Shown here: positions 31,793 to 41,742 of the stretch, in pieces
How positions within the stretch are numbered: the stretch's first letter is position 1
Layout: the number at the start of each line of letters is the position of its first letter
Origin: an uncultured delta proteobacterium
GTDB taxonomy: Bacteria; Desulfobacterota; RBG-13-43-22
Direction: 5' to 3'
Length of the DNA: 64,000 nt
Assembly (NCBI GenBank): GCA_963802945.1
Contig: CAWDKY010000015.1
Coordinates: 128,001 to 192,000, forward strand
Notes under the pieces: model-generated
Seen by the model: only the letters and a program-made list of their open reading frames with translations
What the model was told of the DNA's origin: nothing
Databases searched by the model: none
Made by a program: the position numbers and the translations under genes

Positions 31793-32560
31793 ATGCGTGA
31801 AAAAAGCAAAGTAAAAAGAATGTTCATCCTTGATGGGGGATCAATCTCTTACGACGTGGGGATGATGATGTATGGGACGGACCTGGACAAGAAAACACGG
31901 GTAGCCACGCCTTTCTACGCTTTTGATACGGAAGAAGGTTGGATCTTGTTCGATACCGGTTGGCCGAAAGAAGCGGTACCTATTCTGGAGATGATCGGTT
32001 ATGAACCGGATATTCAAGAAAGCCATGCGGCCGATGAACAAATCAAGAAAATAGGCCTGAAGACCTCGGATATCAGCAAGATCATCTTATCCCATATGCA
32101 TGCGGATCATACCGGAGGGCTGCAGTACTTCCCCGAGGCCGAGGTCTACGTTCAAAAAGACGAGTATGCTTATGCGAACCATCCAAACTCTTTTCAAGCC
32201 TTGGCTTATTTAGCTGATACGTTCAATAGGCCGGGTATAAAATGGAAATTTCTGGAAGGGGATGAGGTCATTCTTCCCGGTCTGACCGTGATTATGGCCG
32301 GTGGCCACACACCGGGACTTCAAGCTTTGGTCGTTGAACTCCCTCAAAGCGGTTTTTACATTCTTGGCGGAGATTCAGCCTACCTTAGAAAAAACATAGA
32401 AAACAATATTCCACCGGGAAGCGCCTGGAATCCCGTTATAGGTCAGTATTCCATCAAGCGGTTAAAAGCCATTCAGAAGCTTCTGGATGCCCAATTTTTC
32501 CCCGGACATGAGTTGGCCTTTTTTAAGGAGAATGTAAAAACCTATGAAGCTTATGTTTGA
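31793..32560 (+). CDS. Metallo-beta-lactamase-fold lactonase (AiiA/AttM-like)
   Basis: LFDTG, SHMHADHTGG (HxHxDH), GHTPGLQ, GDSAY, PGHE. Confidence 0.8.
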   Translation: MREKSKVKRMFILDGGSISYDVGMMMYGTDLDKKTRVATPFYAFDTEEGWILFDTGWPKEAVPILEMIGYEPDIQESHAADEQIKKIGLKTSDISKIILSHMHADHTGGLQYFPEAEVYVQKDEYAYANHPNSFQALAYLADTFNRPGIKWKFLEGDEVILPGLTVIMAGGHTPGLQALVVELPQSGFYILGGDSAYLRKNIENNIPPGSAWNPVIGQYSIKRLKAIQKLLDAQFFPGHELAFFKENVKTYEAYV

Positions 32561-32612
32561 GAGGACACAGCGATTTATAAAGAATAACCCCTAATCAGAA
32601 AGGAATGAGCTT

Positions 32613-33410
32613 ATGCGATTAAAGGATAAAGCAGCCGTTGTTACCGGAGGCGGAAACGGTATTGGCCGGGCCATCTGTTTAGCCTTTGCAGACGAGGGCG
32701 CGGCCGTGGCGGTAACGGATATTGATGCCCAGGCCGCCAAGCGCGTGGCAGATGAAATTGTTAGGCATGGCGGCAGGGCAATTTCTATAAAAATGGACGT
32801 TACGAATACCAGTGATGTGAACCAAGGGGTTGAACGAACCGTACAGGAATTGGGTAAGATTCACATCCTGGTCAACAATGCCGGCATCGAAGGCCACAGG
32901 GCCAATATCTGGGAGGCAGACGACGGCGACTGGAGGAGAACGATCGAGGTGCATGTTTTTGGTAATTACAACTGCACAAAAGCCTTTCTTCCCAAGATCA
33001 TGGAGCAGAAATGGGGCAGAATCATTACTATGGCCTCGATTCAAGCCAAACAGGCCAGCGTTCAAAACAGCTCCTATACGGCAGCCAAACATGCGCTGGC
33101 CGGTATAACCAGAACGGTCGCCCATGAGGTGGCCATGGCCGGATATCCCGGGATAACGGTGAACGCCATCTGTCCCGGTATTGTGGCTACGGACCTTGTG
33201 CTGGGGGAGAAAGGCGCGCTGGCTCAAATAGCTGCTCAAATGCAAATACCGATCGAACAGGTCGTGGCCATTGCCAAATCCAAATGCCTCCAGAACCGGC
33301 TCCTTGAGGTTCAGGAAATTGCCGCTATGGCCGTATTTCTGGCCTCAGAAGACGCGAAGGGCATCACCGGCCAAGCCATCAATGTCTGCGGCGGCGCTGT
33401 GTTTCATTGA
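32613..33410 (+). CDS. Short-chain dehydrogenase/reductase
   Basis: TGGGNGIG, NNAG, YTAAK, VNAICPG. Confidence 0.92.
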   Translation: MRLKDKAAVVTGGGNGIGRAICLAFADEGAAVAVTDIDAQAAKRVADEIVRHGGRAISIKMDVTNTSDVNQGVERTVQELGKIHILVNNAGIEGHRANIWEADDGDWRRTIEVHVFGNYNCTKAFLPKIMEQKWGRIITMASIQAKQASVQNSSYTAAKHALAGITRTVAHEVAMAGYPGITVNAICPGIVATDLVLGEKGALAQIAAQMQIPIEQVVAIAKSKCLQNRLLEVQEIAAMAVFLASEDAKGITGQAINVCGGAVFH

Positions 33411-33492
33411 GAAGCTGAGGTGTGTAGCCTGGTTAGAATATAAACCCAAACGTTGCATAAAAAACGTCAAAGATATTCATTGGGACACGCAT

Positions 33493-33538
33493 AAATCCCC
33501 CCTATCCCCCCTTTAGCAAAGGGGGGTAGGGGGGATTT
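33493..33538. repeat. GC-rich REP-like palindrome
   Basis: aaatcccccctatcccccctttagcaaaggggggtaggggggattt, near-perfect hairpin with one bulge. Confidence 0.8.
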
Positions 33539-33669
33539 GGCGATCGGAGGAAGTAACCTATAGTGATATCCTTCAACATAAACAAAATCACCAAACTAAT
33601 AAGTATAATGACCTGTTCAATGTGTTTTTGAACAAAATATATGCAACTGTGAGGTAAAGGAACTGCAAA

Positions 33670-34545
33670 TTGGATAGTCAACTGACCATAATTCCAATAT
33701 TGCTGCTCCATGGGTTGGTATATGGGATGCTCATATTCCTGGTAGCCTCCGGACTGACTCTGGTGCTGGGCTTGATGGACATACTCAACTTCGCCCATGT
33801 ATCCATTTATATGATCGGCGCCTTCATCTGCTTTCAAATAATTCAATGGACCAACAATTTTTGGCTGGCCCTTATCCTCTCACCGGTAGCCTGTGCCTTC
33901 CTGGGGGTCCTGATGGACCGTTTCCTCATAAGGAAGATACACGGGTCAGGACATCTGAATGAGCTTCTGGCCACCTTCGGACTCGCTATGGTAATCACTG
34001 AAGTCATTAACTGGATATATGGATCAACCCCTCTTTCCGTACAAACCCCTCGGCAATTATCAGGGTCCCTGCAATTGTGGTCAGACGTCCAATACCCCAT
34101 ATACCGTTTATTCATACTATCCTTGGCTGGATTGGTGCTGGCCTTCTTGTTCTATATTCTCAAGAAAACCCGTCTGGGGATTTCGATTAGAGCTTCCGTG
34201 GAGGACAGGGATATGGCCAGCGCTCTGGGGACCAATGTGGCGACCGTATCAACGGTGGTCATGGGAATCGGTGCCTGGCTGGCCGGCATCGCCGGGGTCA
34301 TCATCGCTCCTTACCTGAGTGTATACCCGGGCATGTATGCCGACATGATTACGGACTGCTTTGCGGTCATTGCGGTCGGCGGGCTGGGCAGCCTTGGGGG
34401 TGCCTTTGTCGCCGCTCTCCTCGTCGGACAGATTCAATCTTTGGGGGTCATATTCATCCCGAGGGTATCCATCGTACTCATTTATTTGCTCATGGCAGCC
34501 GTTTTTACATTTAAGCCCAGCGGGCTTTTTGGGAAGAAAGAATGA
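33670..34545 (+). CDS. Branched-chain-type ABC transporter permease (LivH-like)
   Basis: ASGLTLVLGLMDILNFAH, TRLGISIRA, GGLGSLGG, KPSGLFG. Confidence 0.9.
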   Translation: MDSQLTIIPILLLHGLVYGMLIFLVASGLTLVLGLMDILNFAHVSIYMIGAFICFQIIQWTNNFWLALILSPVACAFLGVLMDRFLIRKIHGSGHLNELLATFGLAMVITEVINWIYGSTPLSVQTPRQLSGSLQLWSDVQYPIYRLFILSLAGLVLAFLFYILKKTRLGISIRASVEDRDMASALGTNVATVSTVVMGIGAWLAGIAGVIIAPYLSVYPGMYADMITDCFAVIAVGGLGSLGGAFVAALLVGQIQSLGVIFIPRVSIVLIYLLMAAVFTFKPSGLFGKKE

Positions 34546-35519
34546 AACCCTCTATCAATCGCTTGGGTCAACTGCTGTTCGTTGTGACCATAGTCATTTT
34601 TCCCATGATAGGGCCTAAGTTCCACACCTACATGCTCACCGAATGCTTTATCTATTCCATGGTTGCCGTAAGCTACTATATGTTGCTCGGGCATACGGGA
34701 TTGATGTCCTTCGGCCATGCGGCCTTATTTGGGACCGGAGCCTATGCCGCAGCGATCGTCCTTTGTAATTTCCCCGATCTTCCGATTGTCCTGGCGATTC
34801 TCATTGGCGGACTCTTCGGGCTGCTCTGTGGATTTCTGATGGGATCACTGGTTCTCAGACTTAACAAAATTTATTTAGCCTTCGGGACCTTGGCCATAGG
34901 CCAGATGGTCTGGGCTGTCGCCTGGAAGTGGAGGAGTCTCACGGGTGGAGACGATGGCTTGACGGGCTGGTCGGATAGGCAGGTGGCCTTTCCCTGGCTT
35001 GGACAGTTCAACTTGACCAGCATCTCTTTCCTATATTATTTTGTTCTTTTTTTTGCCGTTGTTTCAATTTTATCCTGCTGGTTTCTTACCCGGACGCCTC
35101 TCGGTCAAACACTCTCCAGTATAAGATCAAACCGGAACAGGGCTGACTTCCTCGGCATTAACGTCAATCAGGCCAAACTCTTCGTCTTCGGTTTTTCGGG
35201 GCTGATCGCCGGCCTATCCGGGGCTCTGTTCATCCTGTTCAAAAAGGTGGCCTCCCCCCACTATCTCGATATGTACACTTCTTTCGACATTTTGATCATG
35301 TGCGTTATCGGGGGCTATGCCAAATTTGCCGGCCCAATCGTAGGATCTTTTATCTACGTTTACCTCGTAGAGTATCTCAGCTCTTTTACGGAGAGATGGC
35401 AGTTGATCATGGGCGCTTTCTTCCTGCTGCTTATTCTCTTCTACCCCAAGGGGGTCGTGGGAATGGTGCAGCAGTTTTTAGTAAAAGGGTCTTTTCAGAA
35501 ACCAAAAAGGGGATCCTGA
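34542..35519 (+). CDS. Branched-chain-type ABC transporter permease (LivM-like)
   Basis: GHTGLMSFGHA, TGGDDG, IGGYAKFAGPIVG. Confidence 0.9.
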   Translation: MKPSINRLGQLLFVVTIVIFPMIGPKFHTYMLTECFIYSMVAVSYYMLLGHTGLMSFGHAALFGTGAYAAAIVLCNFPDLPIVLAILIGGLFGLLCGFLMGSLVLRLNKIYLAFGTLAIGQMVWAVAWKWRSLTGGDDGLTGWSDRQVAFPWLGQFNLTSISFLYYFVLFFAVVSILSCWFLTRTPLGQTLSSIRSNRNRADFLGINVNQAKLFVFGFSGLIAGLSGALFILFKKVASPHYLDMYTSFDILIMCVIGGYAKFAGPIVGSFIYVYLVEYLSSFTERWQLIMGAFFLLLILFYPKGVVGMVQQFLVKGSFQKPKRGS

Positions 35520-35524
35520 CCAAC

Positions 35525-36271
35525 ATGTTGACTCTACGTGGTATCTCGAAATATTTTGGTCGCTTAGCGGTGATTCTTAACGTCGACTTGGAAATCGTCA
35601 AAGGAGAAAGGCACGCCCTTATCGGACCCAACGGGGCGGGGAAAAGCACGCTCTTCAATCTGATCACGGGACATTACAAGCCCTCAGGCGGCATCATTCA
35701 ATTCAAAGATAAACGAATAGACAAGTTGGCGCCGTACTCAATTATTCGGATGGGTATTGCCCGGTCCTTCCAGATCATTGATATTTTCAGGGATATGACA
35801 GTTTATGAAAACATTAGGATCGCTGTGGTGGCCAAACACCGTTTGAGTCTCAATTTCACCAGCCGACTCTCGAGCCTGTCAAGCATACGGGAAGAGACCG
35901 AAACCGTTTTAAGTCGGTTTAATCTCTCCGCCTTCCGGGACGAGCCTGCGGGAACACTCGGTTACAGCCAACAGAGAGCCTTGGAAGTCGGTCTCGCTGT
36001 GGCTCTTGATCCAGAACTTCTTCTTCTTGACGAACCGGGAGCAGGGCTCTCGCCGGATGAGACGAGGGACATTGTTAAGCTGGTAAAAGAGGTGACGACG
36101 GGTAGAACCCTTTTTATAGTGGAGCATGACATGGACGTGGTTTTTGGGTTGGCCGATAGAATTAGTGTTCTCAACTACGGTACCATTCTGGCCACAGGAA
36201 CACCCGACGAAATCAGGGGGAACGAGGTGGTGAAAGAAGTCTACTTAGGTGATCTGATGGAAAGAAAATAA
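35525..36271 (+). CDS. ABC transporter ATP-binding protein (LivG-like)
   Basis: GPNGAGKS, RSFQI, LLLDEP, VEHDMD, EVYLG. Confidence 0.92.
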   Translation: MLTLRGISKYFGRLAVILNVDLEIVKGERHALIGPNGAGKSTLFNLITGHYKPSGGIIQFKDKRIDKLAPYSIIRMGIARSFQIIDIFRDMTVYENIRIAVVAKHRLSLNFTSRLSSLSSIREETETVLSRFNLSAFRDEPAGTLGYSQQRALEVGLAVALDPELLLLDEPGAGLSPDETRDIVKLVKEVTTGRTLFIVEHDMDVVFGLADRISVLNYGTILATGTPDEIRGNEVVKEVYLGDLMERK

Positions 36272-36287
36272 GCAACCCGAGGATGAG

Positions 36288-37001
36288 ATGATGCTGTTAA
36301 AAGTTAAGGAAATCCATACCTATTACGACAATAGCCACATACTCGACGGGGTCAGTCTGGAGGTAGCAGAGGGAGAAACCGTAGCCATCCTGGGCAGAAA
36401 CGGCGTTGGGAAATCGACCACATTGAAGAGCATTATGGGCCTGGTTCCGCCGCAAAGGGGGTCTATCCTGTTCAAGAACGAAGAGGTGGCCCGTAAAGCG
36501 GCGTTTAGAATCGCCCGGAAGGGGATTGGTTACGTTCCAGAGGAAAGAAGGATATTTCCCGGCCTTACGGTAAGGGAAAACCTTATTATGGGGTTCAAAA
36601 AGGGGATGGGGCAAGATACGAAGAGCAAGGAGGCTATAGACAGAATGTATAGCTGGTTTCCGCAATTGAGGGATAGGGACACCACCCTGGCAGGAAATCT
36701 TTCCGGGGGAGAGCAGCAGATGCTTACTCTCGTAAGAACACTACTGGGGGAACCGGAGTTGGTGTTGATCGATGAGCCATCGGAAGGACTGGCTCCGAAG
36801 GTGACGGAACTTATTTTCGATATGATTAGAGAAATACAGCTCCAAGGGAAATCAGTGATCCTTGTGGACCGGAACTTGACCTATACCTGTGGGATGGCCG
36901 AGCGTGTCTATATCATGATTAAGGGCGCTATAGCTTTCACCGGAACCGGCAAGGAAGTATTGGAAAGTGAAGAGGTTCAGCACAAGTATCTGGCGGTTTA
37001 G
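36288..37001 (+). CDS. ABC transporter ATP-binding protein (LivF-like)
   Basis: GRNGVGKS, YVPEERRIF, LSGGEQQML, DEPSEGLAP. Confidence 0.92.
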   Translation: MMLLKVKEIHTYYDNSHILDGVSLEVAEGETVAILGRNGVGKSTTLKSIMGLVPPQRGSILFKNEEVARKAAFRIARKGIGYVPEERRIFPGLTVRENLIMGFKKGMGQDTKSKEAIDRMYSWFPQLRDRDTTLAGNLSGGEQQMLTLVRTLLGEPELVLIDEPSEGLAPKVTELIFDMIREIQLQGKSVILVDRNLTYTCGMAERVYIMIKGAIAFTGTGKEVLESEEVQHKYLAV

Positions 37002-37122
37002 CCAAAAAGCTGCGGGCGGAAAAATCCACATTAATCCGCAAGGAGTATTGGAAAGTGAAGAGATTCATCATAGGGTTTCCTATGTATCTATCGGCTTAGC
37101 CGAAAATTTCAGGAGGTGTACT

Positions 37123-38331
37123 ATGAAACGTTTTGCAGTAGGGTTTCTGTTTGTTTTTTGTATGGTTATGTTGTTTTCAGCCGTTGTCTGGGCGGGGGAA
37201 GCAAAGCCCATCAGAATCCTTGGCCTCTACCCTCTTTCCGGAGGGACGAAAGCCTTCTCAGAGCAAGTAACCCTTGGTTTAAAACTTGCTATAGAAGAGG
37301 CGAATGCCCAAGGAGGGGTTTTAGGGCGGAAGATAGAGCTTATCCTTGAAGACAATTTACTTAAGCCCGAGGTAGCCTCATCTAAAGCTCAGAAATATCT
37401 GCTTGATGAAAAGGTGGATATACTCGTAGGTGCTGGATCCAACGTAATCAAACCGCTCCAGGACCTCGCCAAACAGTATAATGTGCTCTTAGTTATTTTT
37501 AGCCACGCCGACGAGGAAACCGGGAAGAACTTCAGCTACAATTCAATCAGACCTACCCTAAGTAATTCGATGTTGGCCCGGGCCAATGTGGCCTACGCAG
37601 CAAAATACCTGAAAGCAAAAAAGTTTTACATCCTCAATCAAGATTATATATACGGGCGTGATGCCGGGGCAAACTTCAAAAAGGAACTGGCCCGGCAGAT
37701 ACCCGGATCTCAGATTGTGGGAGAAGACTACCATCCTCTCATGTCGAAGGATCTTTCTCCTTTCCTGACCAAGGTAAAGATGTCGGGTGCTGAAGTTCTT
37801 TACTCGAGTGATTGGGGTCTTGACATTAGTGTCCTCGTTAAGCAACGTCATGAATTGGGGATAACGGCAGTCCTCATAGGACCGTCACTGGCAGATGTAA
37901 CGGTCCTTCGGGAGAGCCCGGAGGGTGCCCTCGGAGCCAATTCCTGCGCAACTTGGTTTGATACGGACCCTGCGAAAGCAAGTGTCGAATTCATCAATAG
38001 CTGGAAAAAATTAATCAAAAGCAATGAATTCCCTATACCAACTGTTATGAGTGCCAGAGAATACATAGGTGCGAAATTTCTTCTTGAGGGCATTAAAAAG
38101 GCCGGTTCTACTGAAGCCAAGAAGCTCATACCGGCGCTTGAAGGCCTTCATATGAAGTCGATCACCGGAGAGGTATTTATGAGGACCTGTGACCACCAGC
38201 TTATTATGCCTATCCAGTGCGTCACGATTGACAAAAAAAATCCGCCCTACTTCGGTGTACCGGTCACCATACCGGCTTCCGTAACCATGATAGATGAACG
38301 GGACGTCGACAACCCGCGATGCAAAAGGTAG
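37123..38331 (+). CDS. ABC substrate-binding protein (Liv-type, Sec signal)
   Basis: RBS aggagg, MKRFAVGFLF signal peptide, PLSG...NAQGGVLGRKIEL, DYIYGRD. Confidence 0.88.
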   Translation: MKRFAVGFLFVFCMVMLFSAVVWAGEAKPIRILGLYPLSGGTKAFSEQVTLGLKLAIEEANAQGGVLGRKIELILEDNLLKPEVASSKAQKYLLDEKVDILVGAGSNVIKPLQDLAKQYNVLLVIFSHADEETGKNFSYNSIRPTLSNSMLARANVAYAAKYLKAKKFYILNQDYIYGRDAGANFKKELARQIPGSQIVGEDYHPLMSKDLSPFLTKVKMSGAEVLYSSDWGLDISVLVKQRHELGITAVLIGPSLADVTVLRESPEGALGANSCATWFDTDPAKASVEFINSWKKLIKSNEFPIPTVMSAREYIGAKFLLEGIKKAGSTEAKKLIPALEGLHMKSITGEVFMRTCDHQLIMPIQCVTIDKKNPPYFGVPVTIPASVTMIDERDVDNPRCKR

Positions 38332-38356
38332 GTCAAGACTTAAAAATATTAGGTAA

Positions 38357-38507
38357 TTCTCATCCGGAAAAGACCTTTCCGGATGAGAACACACAGCTGC
38401 CGGCCATCATCTATGGCCAGAAACCCTTTGAAAAAGGGTTTCTGGCGAGAGCTTCATGCGGAAATCCAGGTGTTTCCATCCGGAAATTTGAATTTCCGGA
38501 TGGAAAC
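38357..38507. mobile_element. MITE/REP-like element made of three hairpins
   Basis: ttctcatccggaaa..tttccggatgagaa; gccagaaaccctt..aagggtttctggc; gtttccatccggaaatt..aatttccggatggaaac. Confidence 0.6.
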
Positions 38508-38519
38508 TAGGTAGGACCT

Positions 38520-38941
38520 GCTACACCAGCCGGTGGGTGTCTAATGGCGACATGGCCAAGGTTGTGGAAACCAATCCTGACCGGTTTATGTACCAATGGA
38601 TAATATCGAATATTTTAAGGAGAACGATTTTATGAAACAACCCCTGTGGGTGCCATCCGAGGAAAGAAAAAAGAATTCAAACATGACACGTTTCATGGGG
38701 TATGTGAATAGACGATTCAATAAGGAGTTTACAGGATATTTCGATCTTTATGACTGGTCAGTTAAAAATATTCCCGATTTCTGGACCAGTGTTTGGGATT
38801 TCTTGGAAATCAAGGCATCGAGGAAGTACCATAAGGTAGTGGATGATTTAAGCAAGTTCCCCGGCGCTCAGTGGTTTGTCGGGGCCGAGCTCAACTTTGC
38901 CGAGAACCTCCTGCGATACCGGGATGAAGAGGTTGCCATTG
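38520..38941 (+). repeat. 422-bp direct repeat, copy 1 (amidohydrolase remnant + 5' of acetoacetate-CoA ligase)
   Basis: About 97% identical by manual comparison to 41627..42048. Confidence 0.95.
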
Positions 38942-38973
38942 CACGTTTTCTGTACATTACTAAGACCATTTAG
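38632..38973 (+). pseudogene. Truncated acetoacetate--CoA ligase
   Basis: First ~103 aa nearly identical to 41739..43691, then diverges and stops. Confidence 0.9.
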
Positions 38974-38994
38974 AATAAAAAGGAGAATAAGGAC

Positions 38995-39879
38995 ATGCCA
39001 AACCTAAAAGCTAATGGGATTCAGATCGAGTATGATACCTTTGGAGACAAAGCCTCAACACCTCTTTTACTCATTACGGGAGTAGGCTGCCAGATGGTAT
39101 TTTGGAATGAGGAATTTTGTCAAAGACTGGCGGACCATGGTCTTTATGTTATCCGTTTCGATAATAGAGATGTTGGGCTCTCTACTAAATTTGAGGAGGC
39201 TGGTATGCCTGATGTTGTGGCTACACTAACGGCTTCCCTTCAGGATCAGAAAGTCAAGGTCCCATACAGTCTCGACGACATGGCAGATGACGCCGTTGGT
39301 TTACTGGATGTTTTGGGGATTGATAAAGCCCACATCTGTGGAGCCTCAATGGGTGCAGCCATCGCGCAAATAATCGGCTACAGACACCCTTCCAGGGTTT
39401 TGAGTTTGATTTCAATAATGGGATCTACGAACAATCCTGACCTTCCTCAAGCCAAACCAGAGCTCATAAAATTACTTCTTGCCCCTGCCCCCGAGGAAAG
39501 AGAGGAACATATTAATAGTGTTTTAAATGGGTTACATTTTTTATGGGGTTCTCTGGCTTTTGATGAAGAAGACATGCGAAAAAGGGCCGAGCTTGAGTTC
39601 GATAGAGCGTTCTACCCACAAGGGATGGCGCGACAGATGGTCGCTATTTTATCCCACGGTAATCGTAAACCCAGACTGAATTCAGTAGCTGCTCCAACTC
39701 TTGTCATACATGGTGCTGAAGATCCGCTTGTACCTTTGGAAGCAGGCAAAGATACTGCCGAGGCCATACCTGGGGCAGAGTTATTAATTATTGATAGGAT
39801 GGGCCATTGCTTGCCAAGAGAGGCCTGGCCCCAAATTATTAAAGCTATTGTAGAACATATCCAAAAAGTGGCTTACTAA
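38995..39879 (+). CDS. Alpha/beta-fold hydrolase
   Basis: RFDNRDVGLS, GASMG nucleophile elbow, HGAEDPLV, MGH. Confidence 0.9.
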   Translation: MPNLKANGIQIEYDTFGDKASTPLLLITGVGCQMVFWNEEFCQRLADHGLYVIRFDNRDVGLSTKFEEAGMPDVVATLTASLQDQKVKVPYSLDDMADDAVGLLDVLGIDKAHICGASMGAAIAQIIGYRHPSRVLSLISIMGSTNNPDLPQAKPELIKLLLAPAPEEREEHINSVLNGLHFLWGSLAFDEEDMRKRAELEFDRAFYPQGMARQMVAILSHGNRKPRLNSVAAPTLVIHGAEDPLVPLEAGKDTAEAIPGAELLIIDRMGHCLPREAWPQIIKAIVEHIQKVAY

Positions 39880-40143
39880 TAAAAAGAGCTAGATACTGTA
39901 AAAAGAATAGGTTGACGATTCAAATAAAAAATTATTTTGATGTATTATTTTTTCCCCTTCGCGAGCGCCGGTTCTTTTGTTGCGGATCTTTTCAGCCTTC
40001 TGCTGAAGAGGATTTTTTCCATTTTGGAAGGCCTCCACCTTCTCAGCCAAAAGACGCCAGGCCAGGAAACGGTTTAAGGCCTGGGATCGCTCCTGGCTAA
40101 AAAGGCTAAACCACACAACAACCAAGTACTAAAAGGGGGATCT

Positions 40144-41397
40144 ATGAAGAGTAATGTGAAAAGTTCAGGGACAGGAATCAATCGAAGGGACTTTTTGAAA
40201 GGCACTGCCGCGGCCGCGGCTGCAGCTGCCGTCTCGGGACCTTTTTCCCTGGTCCGGGCCGCCGGCCCTGAGATTCGGATCGGTATGACCCTTACTTATT
40301 CAGGGGTTTATGCCATGATTGGGAAACGGGTGGAGAATGGCATCAGACTGGCTTTTGCCTTATCCAAGTACAAGGACCAGGTCAAGTTTTTTGCCGAGGA
40401 TACCCAAGGGAAACCTAATGTGGCCATTGAAAAGGCCCAGAAGCTTTTCGAGAAAGAAAATATACATATGCTGGCCGGACCTATCGCCGGACATGAATCT
40501 CTGGCGGTCAGCGAGATGCTCAAGCCGAAAAAGAAGCTCATGCTGCTGCCTTACGGGGCCAATCTCAAATTGTGCGGGGAGTCCTGCAGCCGCTACACCT
40601 TCCTTTGTGGCCACACCCCCTGGAATCAGAGCTACCCGGCCGTGGATTGGTTCCTGAAGACGCTGGGCAAAAAAGTCTATTTGATCGGGGCCGATTATTC
40701 CACCGGCCACGAAATCGTTAAATTCTTCAAGGAACCCTTTGAGAAAAAAGGCGGTCAGGTGGTCGGGTCATTCTTCGCACCCTTGGGAACAACCGAGTTT
40801 GCCCCTTATCTGACCAAAATCAAGAGTGCCAGTCCCAAACCGGATGGTATCTTTGGTTTTCTCGGTGGAAATGATCTGATCAATTTTGTCAAACAATATG
40901 CCGAATTCGGCCTCCAGAAAGAAAAAATTCCCATCATAGTTGGTATAGGCGGTTTCAGCCCGGTTATAGTTCCGGCCATGGCCGAAGCCGCCATTGGGAA
41001 CTACCATGTTTTTCATTACAGCATCTTTTTGGAAAACAAAGAAAATGAGGCCTTTAAAGCCGCTTATACCAAAATGTTCCCCGGTGAAATTCCGGATGAA
41101 GCCGTGCTTCTGGGCTACGAAGCAGGAACTATGATGGTCAAAGGATTGGAGGCCTCAGGAGGCAATCCGGAAGACACGGAAAAAATCATCAATGGGATTG
41201 AAAAAGTGAATTACCGAAGTCCGAGGGGTCACATCAAGATGGATCCCAACCATGTGGCCAACGTCCCCATATATATCTTCCAGGTGGTCAAACAGGACGG
41301 GAAGTATATTCTCAAAACCGCGGCCTATACGGGTAATTTCGGCACCCCCTATTCAGGACCGGATGCCCCCGGCGGGGAATGCAAAATGGGTAAGTAG
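40144..41397 (+). CDS. ABC substrate-binding protein (Liv-type, Tat signal)
   Basis: INRRDFLKG twin-arginine motif, ADYSTG, PLGTTEFAPYL, SPRG. Confidence 0.88.
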   Translation: MKSNVKSSGTGINRRDFLKGTAAAAAAAAVSGPFSLVRAAGPEIRIGMTLTYSGVYAMIGKRVENGIRLAFALSKYKDQVKFFAEDTQGKPNVAIEKAQKLFEKENIHMLAGPIAGHESLAVSEMLKPKKKLMLLPYGANLKLCGESCSRYTFLCGHTPWNQSYPAVDWFLKTLGKKVYLIGADYSTGHEIVKFFKEPFEKKGGQVVGSFFAPLGTTEFAPYLTKIKSASPKPDGIFGFLGGNDLINFVKQYAEFGLQKEKIPIIVGIGGFSPVIVPAMAEAAIGNYHVFHYSIFLENKENEAFKAAYTKMFPGEIPDEAVLLGYEAGTMMVKGLEASGGNPEDTEKIINGIEKVNYRSPRGHIKMDPNHVANVPIYIFQVVKQDGKYILKTAAYTGNFGTPYSGPDAPGGECKMGK

Positions 41398-41413
41398 GCT
41401 TTGTGCAAAAATA

Positions 41414-41531
41414 AGTTCGGAGTTTAGAGACTTCGGCGAGCCCGTCGACAAGACCATCGGCGAGCTTAGGTCGAGTCCGCTTAGGGCCTTGAGTTAATCG
41501 AAAAGGCTCAGTCGAGTCGTTCGGAGTTCGG
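41414..41531. repeat. Nested REP-like element
   Basis: agttcggagtt...gttcggagttcgg flanks enclosing cttcggcgagc...tcagtcgagtcg, with an internal second cggcgagc...gtcgagtc unit. Confidence 0.5.
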
Positions 41532-41565
41532 AAAAAACCTTTTTCATGATTCATGGCGCCCTGCG

Positions 41566-41742
41566 ATGGATAAATATGGCGTGGATATCGCCTGTCTCCT
41601 GCCGGAGGCCATGATGGATACGACGGGCTACACCAGCCGGTGGGTGTCTAATGGCGACAGGGCCAAGGTTGTGGAAACCAATCCCGATCGGTTTATGTAC
41701 CCATTGATAATATCGAATATTTTAAGGAGAACGATTTCATGA
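41566..41742 (+). pseudogene. Amidohydrolase-family internal fragment
   Basis: MDKYGVDIACLLPEAMMDTTGYTSRWVSNGDRAKVVETNPDRF resembles the amidohydrolase_2 pattern MDxxGVDxAxL...N...PDRF. Confidence 0.6.
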
